Source: an uncultured Gammaproteobacteria bacterium
GTDB taxonomy: Bacteria; Patescibacteriota; Microgenomatia; UBA8517
NCBI GenBank assembly: GCA_964489145.1
Contig: CAZAXL010000005.1
Span: 7,255 to 71,254 of the forward strand
Direction: 5' to 3'
DNA: 64,000 nt
Made by a program: the position numbers and the translations under genes. Under the pieces are notes generated by a model that searched no databases, was not told the DNA's origin, and saw nothing but the letters and a program-made list of their open reading frames with translations. Shown here in pieces: positions 1 to 8,845 of the stretch (its first letter is position 1; every line of letters begins with the position of its first letter).

Positions 1-27
1 AAGTGTTAGGCAGGTGACCATATAAAA

Positions 28-246
28 ATGGATCAAAATACTAAAAAGAAAATCAGATTGGAAGATCTTCCGGATTTGCTCACCGTTCGTGAAGTGAGCG
101 AGCTTCTCAGAGTTTCTCCTTTAACTATCAAGCGTTGGGGAAAAAGAGGAAAACTTCCCGCAATCCGCATTAACTCCAGAGGAGATAGGCGCTATAAGAA
201 AGAAGCCGTACTTTGGTTACTAGGAATGCAATCCAAGGAAGAATAA
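28..246 (+). CDS. Excisionase-like (HTH_17/MerR-type) DNA-binding protein
   Basis: LLTVREVSELLRVSPLTIKRW...GKLPAIRI...GDRRY pattern. Confidence 0.85.
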   Translation: MDQNTKKKIRLEDLPDLLTVREVSELLRVSPLTIKRWGKRGKLPAIRINSRGDRRYKKEAVLWLLGMQSKEE

Positions 247-251
247 ACCCT

Positions 252-348
252 CAATAATTACTAATTATAAATTTAAAATTACGAATAAAATTAAAAATTA
301 GAATTTCTAAATTCGAATTTGATTTAAAATTTTAAATTCGAAATTCAT
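252..348. repeat. AT-rich degenerate ~7-mer tandem repeat tract between convergent genes
   Basis: Recurrent AATT-containing units (taattac/taattat/aaattta/aaattac/aaattcg). Confidence 0.5.
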
Positions 349-351
349 CAA

Positions 352-2136
352 TTAGTCCAATTTAATTTGTAAATTCCAGAAATGTGAGTACAGCGAATCC
401 TTTTTCTTGAGTAGGCTCTCATGAGTTCCCACTTCTTTTATTCGGCCGTGTTCCATAACCACAATTTTATCTGCTCTCATAATAGTTGAAAGCCTATGGG
501 CAACAATTATAGTGGTTTTTCCGGCACGAGCCTTCCAGAAAGCCTCCTGAATCAGCTTTTCGGATTCGCTATCAAGCTGGCTTGTAGCCTCGTCAAAAAC
601 AACAATATCGGGGTCACTTAAGATCATTCTTGCGATTGCCAATCTCTGTTTTTGGCCTCCGGAAAGCTTAACTCCGCGCTCGCCGACTTCGGTATCGTAT
701 TTTTTGGGCAAACTTTGGACAAAGTCATCAATATTGGCTATTTTTGCGGCCTCCCTGATTTCGGACAGCTTCGAGTGGTCTTTTCCATAGCCGATGTTAT
801 ATGCAATGGTGTTATTGAAAAGTATCGGTTCTTGGGGAACAATTCCAATAAACCCTCTTAAAGTATCTTTTGTAAAATCCTTAATATTTATGCCGTCAAT
901 CATAATACTGCCGGATGATAAGTCGAAAAATCTCATCAGAAGTTTGACCAAACTGGTTTTCCCGGATCCGCTTCGTCCAACAAGGGCCACAGACTGACCC
1001 TGGTCAATTTTTAGGTTAATCCCATCGATTGCATTTTTAACCCTATTTTTGTATGCGAATTTGACATTATTAAACGTCACTTCGCCATGAATATGACCAG
1101 GTCTTACCTCGGAGGTATATTCTCCCTTGTTTCCTGCGGGATAAACATGGCCGACCTTTATCGGCTTTTCCGGATCTTTTACGTCAATTTGATAATCTAA
1201 AAGTTCAAAATACTTCTTAATATCGGCAAGATTGGTCGATATCTCCCTAAGTCCATAAATTAGATCAAAAAGTTTGGGAAAGAACATACTTACGTAGCTG
1301 ATTATTAACACAAAATCTCCAATTCCAATGCCACCTGCCTTTATCAAATTTAAGGAAAAAGCCAGTACCAGAAAAATAGAAATGTTTACAAGGGAGCCAA
1401 CGCTCATGTCGATCATTCTGTAAGTCCAAAAATGTCTCCAAAGGAACCTTTTCCAGGTTTTGAATGTGTTTTTGAGACGGTTTTGTTCCCAGCCCTCCTT
1501 GGCAAAGAGCTTCACAGTCTCATAATTTATAAGGTTGTCGGTGATAATTCCCGATATTTGGTCTTCCCATTCGTTGAATTCGTTACGTGTTTTGATGTTG
1601 TAGCCGGCCAAATATTTAGTAGCTACCAGGGTTAGCAGGAAGGAGCCTACAAATATAAGGATGAACCTGTAGTCGATTTGGATGAAAAAGTAGCCCATGA
1701 CGGTAAATCCAATGACAATTTCCCACATTCTTTGGTTGAGCCGGTCATAAAGACCCCAAAAAGCATTATCTCCGCGTTTGAAAGCACTAATTAAAGCTCC
1801 GGTGCTTTTTCCGGAATGGAAGGAAAAATCCAATTCCTGAACGTACTTAAATATCGCTCTTCTAATATCAATAGATGTATCTATAGCGACAATATCACCC
1901 AAAAGATATTTGAGGTTGGCAAATATAAGACCGGCAAACTGGGTGGCAATATAGATTAGGATCAACTTATAAAGGTAGTCAAGGTTGCCATCCTGCAGGG
2001 CATTTACAAACAGCTTGAAAAAATAGGGAGTAATGAGTTCAAACACGTAGGCAAAGGTGGTGGCAATCATTGCCAGGATAAACCACCACTTATGTTTCCA
2101 AATAAACGAATAAAATCTTCTGATAATTTTTAACAT
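352..2136 (-). CDS. ABC exporter, fused permease + ATPase (MsbA/Atm1-like)
   Basis: N-terminal TM domain, Walker A GRSGSGKT, LSGGQKQR, Walker B VVFDEATS, AHRLST; ATG at 2136 preferred over GTG at 2160. Confidence 0.93.
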   Translation of the reverse strand: MLKIIRRFYSFIWKHKWWFILAMIATTFAYVFELITPYFFKLFVNALQDGNLDYLYKLILIYIATQFAGLIFANLKYLLGDIVAIDTSIDIRRAIFKYVQELDFSFHSGKSTGALISAFKRGDNAFWGLYDRLNQRMWEIVIGFTVMGYFFIQIDYRFILIFVGSFLLTLVATKYLAGYNIKTRNEFNEWEDQISGIITDNLINYETVKLFAKEGWEQNRLKNTFKTWKRFLWRHFWTYRMIDMSVGSLVNISIFLVLAFSLNLIKAGGIGIGDFVLIISYVSMFFPKLFDLIYGLREISTNLADIKKYFELLDYQIDVKDPEKPIKVGHVYPAGNKGEYTSEVRPGHIHGEVTFNNVKFAYKNRVKNAIDGINLKIDQGQSVALVGRSGSGKTSLVKLLMRFFDLSSGSIMIDGINIKDFTKDTLRGFIGIVPQEPILFNNTIAYNIGYGKDHSKLSEIREAAKIANIDDFVQSLPKKYDTEVGERGVKLSGGQKQRLAIARMILSDPDIVVFDEATSQLDSESEKLIQEAFWKARAGKTTIIVAHRLSTIMRADKIVVMEHGRIKEVGTHESLLKKKDSLYSHFWNLQIKLD

Positions 2137-2348
2137 TTTTATAATTTCACAAGACGCCACAAAACCCTTTTCGACAAGCTCAGAGCTATAGCCTTACGGG
2201 GTTGTTTTGGCGGCGAAACCCAATTATAAGCTCAACTTAAGTTGATATTCAAGAAGTACTTTATGCATACCAAAGATCTAGCCTTGCAGGTAGAGATTTT
2301 TAAGCCAGTTTGTGCTACAATATACATACTTTCAAAAAGTTTACTTCC

Positions 2349-3233
2349 ATGCGAAAACTAATTGGTTTGCTATTTGCTATAGTCTTGGTATTGGCCGTGT
2401 CAGGCTCGTTGCCTGTAGTGGCTGTGACTTCCAGTCCAGTTCCGTCTCCCACACCAACCGCAACCCTAGAACCTACTCCCATTGCTCCTCCAGTTGATAT
2501 TACCCAAAAAAGTATGGAATCTCTGGGTCCTTTGGAAAGACTTTTGGAAAGTCAGGAGTTAGGGTCTGTTTGGCCATTTAACCCTGTTAAATATGCCATA
2601 AGAGGGGCCATTGATGCCGGAGTTCCTGCAAATACACTAGTCCTTTTGCTTCTTCTGCCGATTGTTACTTTTGTTATAGCTTTTTCGCGTAATGTTGTGG
2701 GTATCAGAGGATTTGGTATCTTCCTACCTGCGGCTCTTTCTGTCGTGTTTGTGGCCACAGGTCCGGTTGTGGGAATTGGGCTTTTTTTGGTGATTGTTGC
2801 AGTCTCAACTCTTGTTCGTATGATACTTCGCAAACTGAAAGTAAAACTCCAATATCTCCCGAGAATGTCATTTATTTTTTGGGCAGTGGTTTTTGCTGTC
2901 TTGGGGGTATTGTTCTTAGCGCCAGTCCTAAATTTTCCGTCTCTTGCCAACGTTTCAATCTTTGCCGTACTTGTCCTGATTCTTCTGGCAGAAGAGTTTA
3001 GCCGGGTTCAGCTTGGAAAAAGTGCCAAAACGGCAGCCAACCTTACTTTTGAAACATTAATTTTGTCTTTAATTTCCTATCTTTTCCTTACACTCCATCC
3101 ACTAAGGGAGTACGTGCTTCTAAGACCCGAGATTTCCTTAATCTCAGTTGCAATAGCCGACCTGGTGCTCGGAAAATACACCGGACTTAGGGTTATGGAA
3201 TTTTATCGTTTTAGAAAACTTATACGAAGTTAA
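2349..3233 (+). CDS. 7TM membrane protein of the 7TM_transglut type, with signal peptide and P/T linker
   Basis: LLLLP..RNVVGIRGFGIFLP, L.YLPR and LGKYTGLRVMEFYRFR motifs; directly upstream of an alpha-L-glutamate-ligase-like ATP-grasp. Confidence 0.75.
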   Translation: MRKLIGLLFAIVLVLAVSGSLPVVAVTSSPVPSPTPTATLEPTPIAPPVDITQKSMESLGPLERLLESQELGSVWPFNPVKYAIRGAIDAGVPANTLVLLLLLPIVTFVIAFSRNVVGIRGFGIFLPAALSVVFVATGPVVGIGLFLVIVAVSTLVRMILRKLKVKLQYLPRMSFIFWAVVFAVLGVLFLAPVLNFPSLANVSIFAVLVLILLAEEFSRVQLGKSAKTAANLTFETLILSLISYLFLTLHPLREYVLLRPEISLISVAIADLVLGKYTGLRVMEFYRFRKLIRS

Positions 3234-3252
3234 ATATTAAAAGCTCTCACTT

Positions 3253-4545
3253 ATGAAAGTCTCATCTATTCTTGGTCTAAATGCCCGTACTCAACTTTTT
3301 GCGTACAAGTACAATACCAAACGTGGCAAAAATATTGCTGATAGCAAGATTCAGTCAGCCAGGGTGCTTAAAAAGGCAAAAGTAGCTCGTCCTAAAATTT
3401 ATAAAAAATTTATCGATCCCAGGCAAGTTATGGAATTTGACTGGAATGCCCTTCCACCCAAATTTGCCTTAAAGCCCAGCCGTGGTATGGGGGGGGAGGG
3501 AATTATAGTTGTAAAAAGAAGACTTAAAGATGGGGGATGGTTAACTACTCAAAAAGAGAGAATAAAGGTCGATGATCTCAAACTCCACACACTGGATATT
3601 TTGGAAGGAGCCTATTCGATGGGAAACGTTCCTGACGTTGCCTTTATACAGGAATATATAGGGCGTGCTAAAGTCTTCCGAAGGTGGGCATATCGCGGAA
3701 CTCCTGATATACGTATTATTATTTTTAATAAAATTCCGGTGATGGCGATGCTCAGGCTTCCCACTAAAGAATCCGGTGGACGTGCCAATTTACATCAGGG
3801 GGCAATTGGGGTTGGGGTTGATATTGCTACAGGGATTACAACAAAAGCCATTTGGCATGGAGAGGAAATTGTGTTCAAACCGGGGACAGAGAGGAAGCTT
3901 CGGGGAATAAAAATACCCGGTTGGAATTTGATTTTGGAGACAGCTATCAAAGCGCAGGAGGTATCTCATTTGGGCTACTTGGGAGTAGACATTGTAATTC
4001 ACCCCGAAAAAGGCCCAATGATATTGGAACTTAATGCCCAGCCAGGGCTTCAAATACAGCTTGCAAATGGAGAGGGTCTTAAAAAAAGACTTGAAAGGGT
4101 GGAAGACCTTGAAGTTACTGATGCTGAACATGGAATCAGGATTGCAAGGGCTCTTTTTGCGGGTAGGTTTGAAAATAGAAAAGCTTTAGAGGAGGGAATT
4201 AAAACAATCAAAAATGATGAAGTAATTAAAATAGTACTTCCCAACAAGCGAAGGGTTGAAGTTATGGCCAAGGTCGATACAGGAGCATGGAGAAGCTCAA
4301 TAGATAAAACTTTTGCAGAGAATAATGGTCTTTTGCAAAAAGATAATATTCTTTGGACAAAAGTTTTTAAAAGCGCTTTAGGATCCGAGGAAAGGGCGGT
4401 TATTAATATTAGTTTTTACTTGGCGGGAAGACGGATTAATACAATAGCATCGGTATCAAACAGAAAAGGTTTGAAAAAGATCTTTATTATTGGACGACGT
4501 GACCTTCAGGGGTTTTTAGTTAAAGTAGACGATGTTGCAAAATAA
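3253..4545 (+). CDS. Alpha-L-glutamate ligase-like ATP-grasp fused to a C-terminal RimK-associated retropepsin-like protease domain
   Basis: ILGLNAR, KPSRGMGGEGI, PDIRII, AMLRLPT..SGGRANLHQGAIGVG, LELNAQPGLQIQLAN; C-terminal AKVDTGA..SSID and IIGRRDL. Confidence 0.85.
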   Translation: MKVSSILGLNARTQLFAYKYNTKRGKNIADSKIQSARVLKKAKVARPKIYKKFIDPRQVMEFDWNALPPKFALKPSRGMGGEGIIVVKRRLKDGGWLTTQKERIKVDDLKLHTLDILEGAYSMGNVPDVAFIQEYIGRAKVFRRWAYRGTPDIRIIIFNKIPVMAMLRLPTKESGGRANLHQGAIGVGVDIATGITTKAIWHGEEIVFKPGTERKLRGIKIPGWNLILETAIKAQEVSHLGYLGVDIVIHPEKGPMILELNAQPGLQIQLANGEGLKKRLERVEDLEVTDAEHGIRIARALFAGRFENRKALEEGIKTIKNDEVIKIVLPNKRRVEVMAKVDTGAWRSSIDKTFAENNGLLQKDNILWTKVFKSALGSEERAVINISFYLAGRRINTIASVSNRKGLKKIFIIGRRDLQGFLVKVDDVAK

Positions 4546-4561
4546 AAATAGGCAAGAAATT

Positions 4562-5470
4562 ATGAAAAAAATATTAATTTTAGTAGGAGTGATGGGACCT
4601 AAAAAAGAAGTTCTTGTTCAAGATATTGCCTCAAGAATTGGTAAAGATACAGATATTACTTTGGCGGAATTTTCGGATTTGTATTTTTCCATTTCGGACA
4701 AGAATATTTATGTCGAGATCGCAGGGACGCCAATTACCAATTTTGATTTGGTTTATTTCAGACGGGCAGGGGGAGGTTTTTCAATTGTTGCTGCTACACT
4801 TGCCACCTGTCTTAAAGCAAAAAACATCAAGTTTATAGATTCTTCGTGGGGTGAAATAGGGCCCTTAGGAAGTAAGTTTACGTCTTTGGTAAAACTCTGC
4901 GTAGAAGGGCTTCCGATAATTAAAAGTATCTATGTAAGGCAAAAACAAATAAATAAATATAACGAGAGGATTGTCAAAGAATTGGGTCTTCCACTGGTAG
5001 CAAAAGAGCTTTCAATGCAAAAGGGAAAAGGGGTATATAAGATAGAATCTATCCTGGATTTTGCAAAACTTCCGGCAAAATCTTCAAGCGATTCGGATAA
5101 TCAGTTTCTTTTTCAAGAATATAAAAATTTGGGAGACGAATACAGACTATTGGTTTTAGGACGAAAGGTTCGTGTTTGGGAGAAAAAGATTTTAACTGTC
5201 AACGGCGAATTTCGCCACAACGTTTCTTTGGGTGCCAGAGAAGAATTTTTGGATATAGAAAAAATCCCAGATGACCTTGCGAAGATTGCAGAAGATGCGG
5301 CTATTAAGTTAAATTTACAAATAGCAGGAGTTGATGTTGCGGCAGATAAAAATACCGGTAAATACTATCTGATTGAAGTTAATAGAGGGCCGGGATTTAC
5401 TTACGACACTGAAGTGTCACCCGAGATGGATGAAATTGCTAAATTTTTAAAAGAGGAAACGGAAAAATAA
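4562..5470 (+). CDS. RimK-family ATP-grasp ligase
   Basis: PLVAK..KGKGV, LFQEY, EYRLLVLG, FRHNVSLGA, AGVDV, IEVNRGPGF. Confidence 0.85.
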   Translation: MKKILILVGVMGPKKEVLVQDIASRIGKDTDITLAEFSDLYFSISDKNIYVEIAGTPITNFDLVYFRRAGGGFSIVAATLATCLKAKNIKFIDSSWGEIGPLGSKFTSLVKLCVEGLPIIKSIYVRQKQINKYNERIVKELGLPLVAKELSMQKGKGVYKIESILDFAKLPAKSSSDSDNQFLFQEYKNLGDEYRLLVLGRKVRVWEKKILTVNGEFRHNVSLGAREEFLDIEKIPDDLAKIAEDAAIKLNLQIAGVDVAADKNTGKYYLIEVNRGPGFTYDTEVSPEMDEIAKFLKEETEK

Positions 5471-5477
5471 CATTTAA

Positions 5478-6428
5478 ATGAAACAAATTAAAATCGGGAT
5501 AATGTTTTCCAAAGATTTTACAGGGAATGAACCACTTAGCCATATTGTGGTTAAGCTTCCTGTTTATAAGAGGTTTCTTGAACTTTGCCAGGCGGAAGGT
5601 TGGAAAGTATATGTCTTAACCCGCAAAACTTATGTTGGCAACGGAACTTTTAAAGGCGCTTGGCATTTTGATAATGGAAAATTCTTTAAAGTTTTAGATC
5701 CAGTCAAAATCGATTTAGTATATGACAGGTCGGGTGGGGTAATGTTACCGCCGTCTGGGGATGAAAGTTTGATTTGGGTTAACAGGAGAGACTTTAAGCT
5801 TTTAGCATGGGACAAATGGGCAGCCTTCAATATCATTGGTGAATACATGCCACAAACTTTTATTATTGAGGACAGAAAGAAGCTGTCAAAAATTCTCACT
5901 CAAATTAAAAGCGATTGTGTAGTTCTTAAGCCACTTAACGGACTCAAAGGAATCGGAATTTTTATCGGACCAAAAAAAGAAGCACTGAATTTTAAATTTA
6001 ACGAAAGGTACAACCGTTATATTGCTCAGGGGTTTGTAGACACGGGAAGTGGAATCCCCGGCATTACTTTGGGGCTACATGACCTCCGAATTGTGATAGT
6101 AAATGGCAAACCGGTATGGTGTCATGTTAGAGTTCCGGCTGATGGAAGTCTTTTGGCAAACGCTGCACAGGGGGGAAATATTACAGAAATAGATTACGAT
6201 AAAATTCCGGAATCTATCAAAAAAATTGTTGGTAATATTACAACATTTTTTTCATGGAAATATGATAACCCAATTTATAGTTTGGATTTTGGGGTTGGAA
6301 AAAACGGCAAACCCTACATTTTTGAAATAAATGACCAAATGGGTTTTCCAAAATGGGAGATGGATAAAAAAGATATGTTTTTACAGGAACTTGTAGAGAA
6401 TTTTAAGACAAAGCTTCAAAGGAGCTAA
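5478..6428 (+). CDS. ATP-grasp ligase (glutathione-synthetase/YheCD-like)
   Basis: DKW, VLKPLNGLKGIGI, IAQGFVD, HDLRIVIVNG, LANAAQGG, SLDF, FEIN. Confidence 0.8.
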   Translation: MKQIKIGIMFSKDFTGNEPLSHIVVKLPVYKRFLELCQAEGWKVYVLTRKTYVGNGTFKGAWHFDNGKFFKVLDPVKIDLVYDRSGGVMLPPSGDESLIWVNRRDFKLLAWDKWAAFNIIGEYMPQTFIIEDRKKLSKILTQIKSDCVVLKPLNGLKGIGIFIGPKKEALNFKFNERYNRYIAQGFVDTGSGIPGITLGLHDLRIVIVNGKPVWCHVRVPADGSLLANAAQGGNITEIDYDKIPESIKKIVGNITTFFSWKYDNPIYSLDFGVGKNGKPYIFEINDQMGFPKWEMDKKDMFLQELVENFKTKLQRS

Positions 6429-6559
6429 AAAAACTCCATCATTTAAATTCCGTACAATTGGTTTTAGTTGTATATATCGAGATAATTTTTTATTCTAAAG
6501 ACAACGACAATCTTTAAGTTTTTATACTCCTAATAAAATACGAAGATACATTTCTTACT

Positions 6560-6598
6560 CAACAAAAAATCCCGCCTTTTTGGCGGGACCTTTTGTTG
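6560..6598. terminator. Probable bidirectional intrinsic terminator
   Basis: aaaaaa-TCCCGCC-tttt(t)-GGCGGGA-ccttttgttg hairpin between convergent genes. Confidence 0.75.
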
Positions 6599-6660
6599 TA
6601 GGAACTTATAGTTCCTCAGCTTTCACTGTAGAACTATCAATAACCTCAAATTAATTAAAG

Positions 6661-7065
6661 TTATTTAAGTTCCACTTTTGCTCCTGCTGCTGTAAGTTTG
6701 TCGGAAGCTGCTTTAGCGTCTTCTGCTTTAGCGTCTTTCAAAACTTCGGCCGGAACAGTGTCAGTCATTCCTTTGGCGTCCATTAAGGTTAGGTTGGGAT
6801 TGATTTCCCTTAAAGCCTTAATAACTGCAATTTTATTTGCACCGGAGTCGGTCATGACGACTGTTTTATTAGCACTTCCGGTATCTTCTGCTGGAGCTTC
6901 TCCTGCGGCTGCTGGGGCTGCTGCTGCAACCGGAAGCGCTGCGGAAACACCAAGCTTGTCTTGCAAAGCTGTGACTAATTCGGAAAGTTCCAAAACAGAA
7001 AGTTTAGAAACTTCCTCCACAATCTTTTCAACTTTTTCTGATACTTTTTTAGATTCTTCTGCCAT
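6661..7065 (-). CDS. rplL: 50S ribosomal protein L7/L12
   Basis: LSVLELSELV, Ala-rich hinge, KIAVIKALR, AGAKVELK; SD GGAGGTGA upstream. Confidence 0.97.
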   Translation of the reverse strand: MAEESKKVSEKVEKIVEEVSKLSVLELSELVTALQDKLGVSAALPVAAAAPAAAGEAPAEDTGSANKTVVMTDSGANKIAVIKALREINPNLTLMDAKGMTDTVPAEVLKDAKAEDAKAASDKLTAAGAKVELK

Positions 7066-7086
7066 TTAATGATTCACCTCCGATCC

Positions 7087-7623
7087 CTATTTTTTACTGG
7101 CTGTGTCTAACACATAAACCAGTTTCTGCAAATTTGCATTCAATGTACCAACCAAGCCATATTCCACACCCATTAAAGTACCAAGGAACTGACCAAGAAG
7201 TGCATCGCGTCCTGGAAGAAGCGAGATTTGAGAGAGAGATTGAGAATCCTGGAATAATCCTTCAACAATACCGATTTTAAATTTCGGAACTGATTCGCCG
7301 GCTGCGCTGACAAATTCTTTAGCAAATTTTCCTAAAACTTGAATTGGGGCAACAGGATCGTCGGTTGCAATAATAAGAGCGGTTTGACCGGAAAGAATTT
7401 CGCCGGTTAGATTTTTATTGTCAAATCCTGCCGCATCGCCGGCACGGGAGAGGAGCGTGTTTTTAACAACAACCATTTTTCCACCAACTTTAGCCAGTCT
7501 TCTTTTAAGTTCTTGTTGGGGTTTAACGGCAAGTCCTGCGTAATTGACAAGGATTACCGACTTGGCGTCTTTTAGCTCAACTTTTAAATTGTCTACAAAT
7601 ACTATCTTTTCCAATTTTTTCAT
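7087..7623 (-). CDS. rplJ: 50S ribosomal protein L10
   Basis: YAGL, VVKNTLL, LPGRDALLGQ; upstream of rplL. Confidence 0.95.
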   Translation of the reverse strand: MKKLEKIVFVDNLKVELKDAKSVILVNYAGLAVKPQQELKRRLAKVGGKMVVVKNTLLSRAGDAAGFDNKNLTGEILSGQTALIIATDDPVAPIQVLGKFAKEFVSAAGESVPKFKIGIVEGLFQDSQSLSQISLLPGRDALLGQFLGTLMGVEYGLVGTLNANLQKLVYVLDTASKK

Positions 7624-7640
7624 ATTTTTATATTTTGTCC

Positions 7641-7730
7641 AAAAAAAATCGCGCACGAGGCGCGAAAATCGCTTTTGCCTCGGTATGACTTATGCCAGTT
7701 TTTTCCTGGAGCATACTTTCTTAGGACAGG
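7641..7730 (-). promoter_or_regulatory. L10 leader RNA with attenuator
   Basis: Minus strand CCUAAGAAAGUAUGC...GCAUAAGUCAUACCGAGG resembles the L10 leader; followed by hairpin UCGCGC...GCGCGA and U8; CGAGGC can pair with GCCUCG as an antiterminator. Confidence 0.7.
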
Positions 7731-7758
7731 GGTATTATCTAATTTTTGAAGCGCAAAG

Positions 7759-7959
7759 TCAACTGGGATTATCGATTTGACTCTTTTTTAATTTTTCAAT
7801 TCTTCTTTGGGCATCCAATTTTTCCTGTAGTCTAGTTGGGTTTAGTTTAGCCACATCAAACTCTCTCTGAATTGAGTCGGGAGTTTCCAGCACCTTGGTG
7901 GTTAAAATCGGTTTTTGGAGCAATTGATTAAAGGCTCTTTCCGTCGATTCTTCTGTCAT
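7759..7959 (-). CDS. Small hypothetical protein
   Basis: 66-codon ORF filling the rplA-rplJ gap; no recognised motif. Confidence 0.5.
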   Translation of the reverse strand: MTEESTERAFNQLLQKPILTTKVLETPDSIQREFDVAKLNPTRLQEKLDAQRRIEKLKKSQIDNPS

Positions 7960-8005
7960 TTGGTTATAGTTTATCAAAAAACCAAAATTCATCAAATCCC
8001 AAAAG

Positions 8006-8788
8006 TTATACCTTAACTTTCACTGATGGGCCCATTGTGGCTTTGATGTATGCTTTTTCGATTTGTTTTGTACCTCCAAAAGCCTTAAGAATAGCTTCAA
8101 GATTTTCAACCAACTCTGAATCCGCCTGAATTGTTTTGCCGACTACAGTGTGTACAAGGGGGGCTTCTCTTTCTGTTTTTAACGTAACCGTTGCAGTTGA
8201 AAACGACTTAACCTTTTTGGGATCGTTTATTAAAGTTCCATTTTTGGGATTTGGCATAAGGCCTTTAGGTCCTAAAAGTTTTGCGAATGGGACAAGTTTT
8301 GGCATCATATCGGGGGTTGCTACTAAAATATCAAAATCAATTTTTCCAGCTTGCAATTTAGTAACAGTGGCATCTGATGCCACTTCGACTTTCTTAACCC
8401 GGCCCGCCTGATGGGGAAGAGTAATCTGGATGGATGTTCCCGTCTTTTTGACAACAAGGTGTAGTTCCATTGTTCCGTCAAATTTTGAATAAGAAGTTTC
8501 CTTTACGAGTTTGACTGCTTCAGAAACTTTGTACAATTTTTCATGATCAAATTTAGCTTTAGACTGCCTGTATTTTTTACCCCTTATGCGTTCAATCTTT
8601 TTTGATTTTTTAGTGGCTTCGGTTTTTTGAGCTCCTTCTTCAATAATTGGGGACTCTTCGCCGGGCGCTGCCTCAACCACTTTGACTCTTTGACCACCTT
8701 TAAGTCCGGCCAAATGAACCTTTTCTTGTTCTTTTTCTTTCTTTTTATTGGAGTCTTCTCCGACAAACGCTGTTTTCATTTTTCCCAT
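8006..8788 (-). CDS. rplA: 50S ribosomal protein L1 with ~65-aa N-terminal extension
   Basis: SKFDGTMELH, LLGPKGLMPNPKNGT, TMGPSVKV. Confidence 0.96.
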   Translation of the reverse strand: MGKMKTAFVGEDSNKKKEKEQEKVHLAGLKGGQRVKVVEAAPGEESPIIEEGAQKTEATKKSKKIERIRGKKYRQSKAKFDHEKLYKVSEAVKLVKETSYSKFDGTMELHLVVKKTGTSIQITLPHQAGRVKKVEVASDATVTKLQAGKIDFDILVATPDMMPKLVPFAKLLGPKGLMPNPKNGTLINDPKKVKSFSTATVTLKTEREAPLVHTVVGKTIQADSELVENLEAILKAFGGTKQIEKAYIKATMGPSVKVKV

Positions 8789-8790
8789 AT

Positions 8791-8845
8791 TATTTATATA
8801 ATCCTTCGGCTACTGCCTCAGGATCTCGCTTTCCTACGAAAGCTC
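8791..8845 (-). repeat. 55-bp two-hairpin repeat, copy 1 (rplK-rplA junction)
   Basis: 49/55 identical to 22306-22360. Confidence 0.9.

Noticed and set aside
28-246. Excisionase-like gene as the edge of a prophage
   Set aside because: There are no integrase or phage genes in the window, and stand-alone HTH_17 genes are common.
8791-8845. L1 autoregulatory site before rplA
   Set aside because: It lacks the GGGAG/ACCAC-type L1 motif, and a near-identical copy lies between def and fmt.
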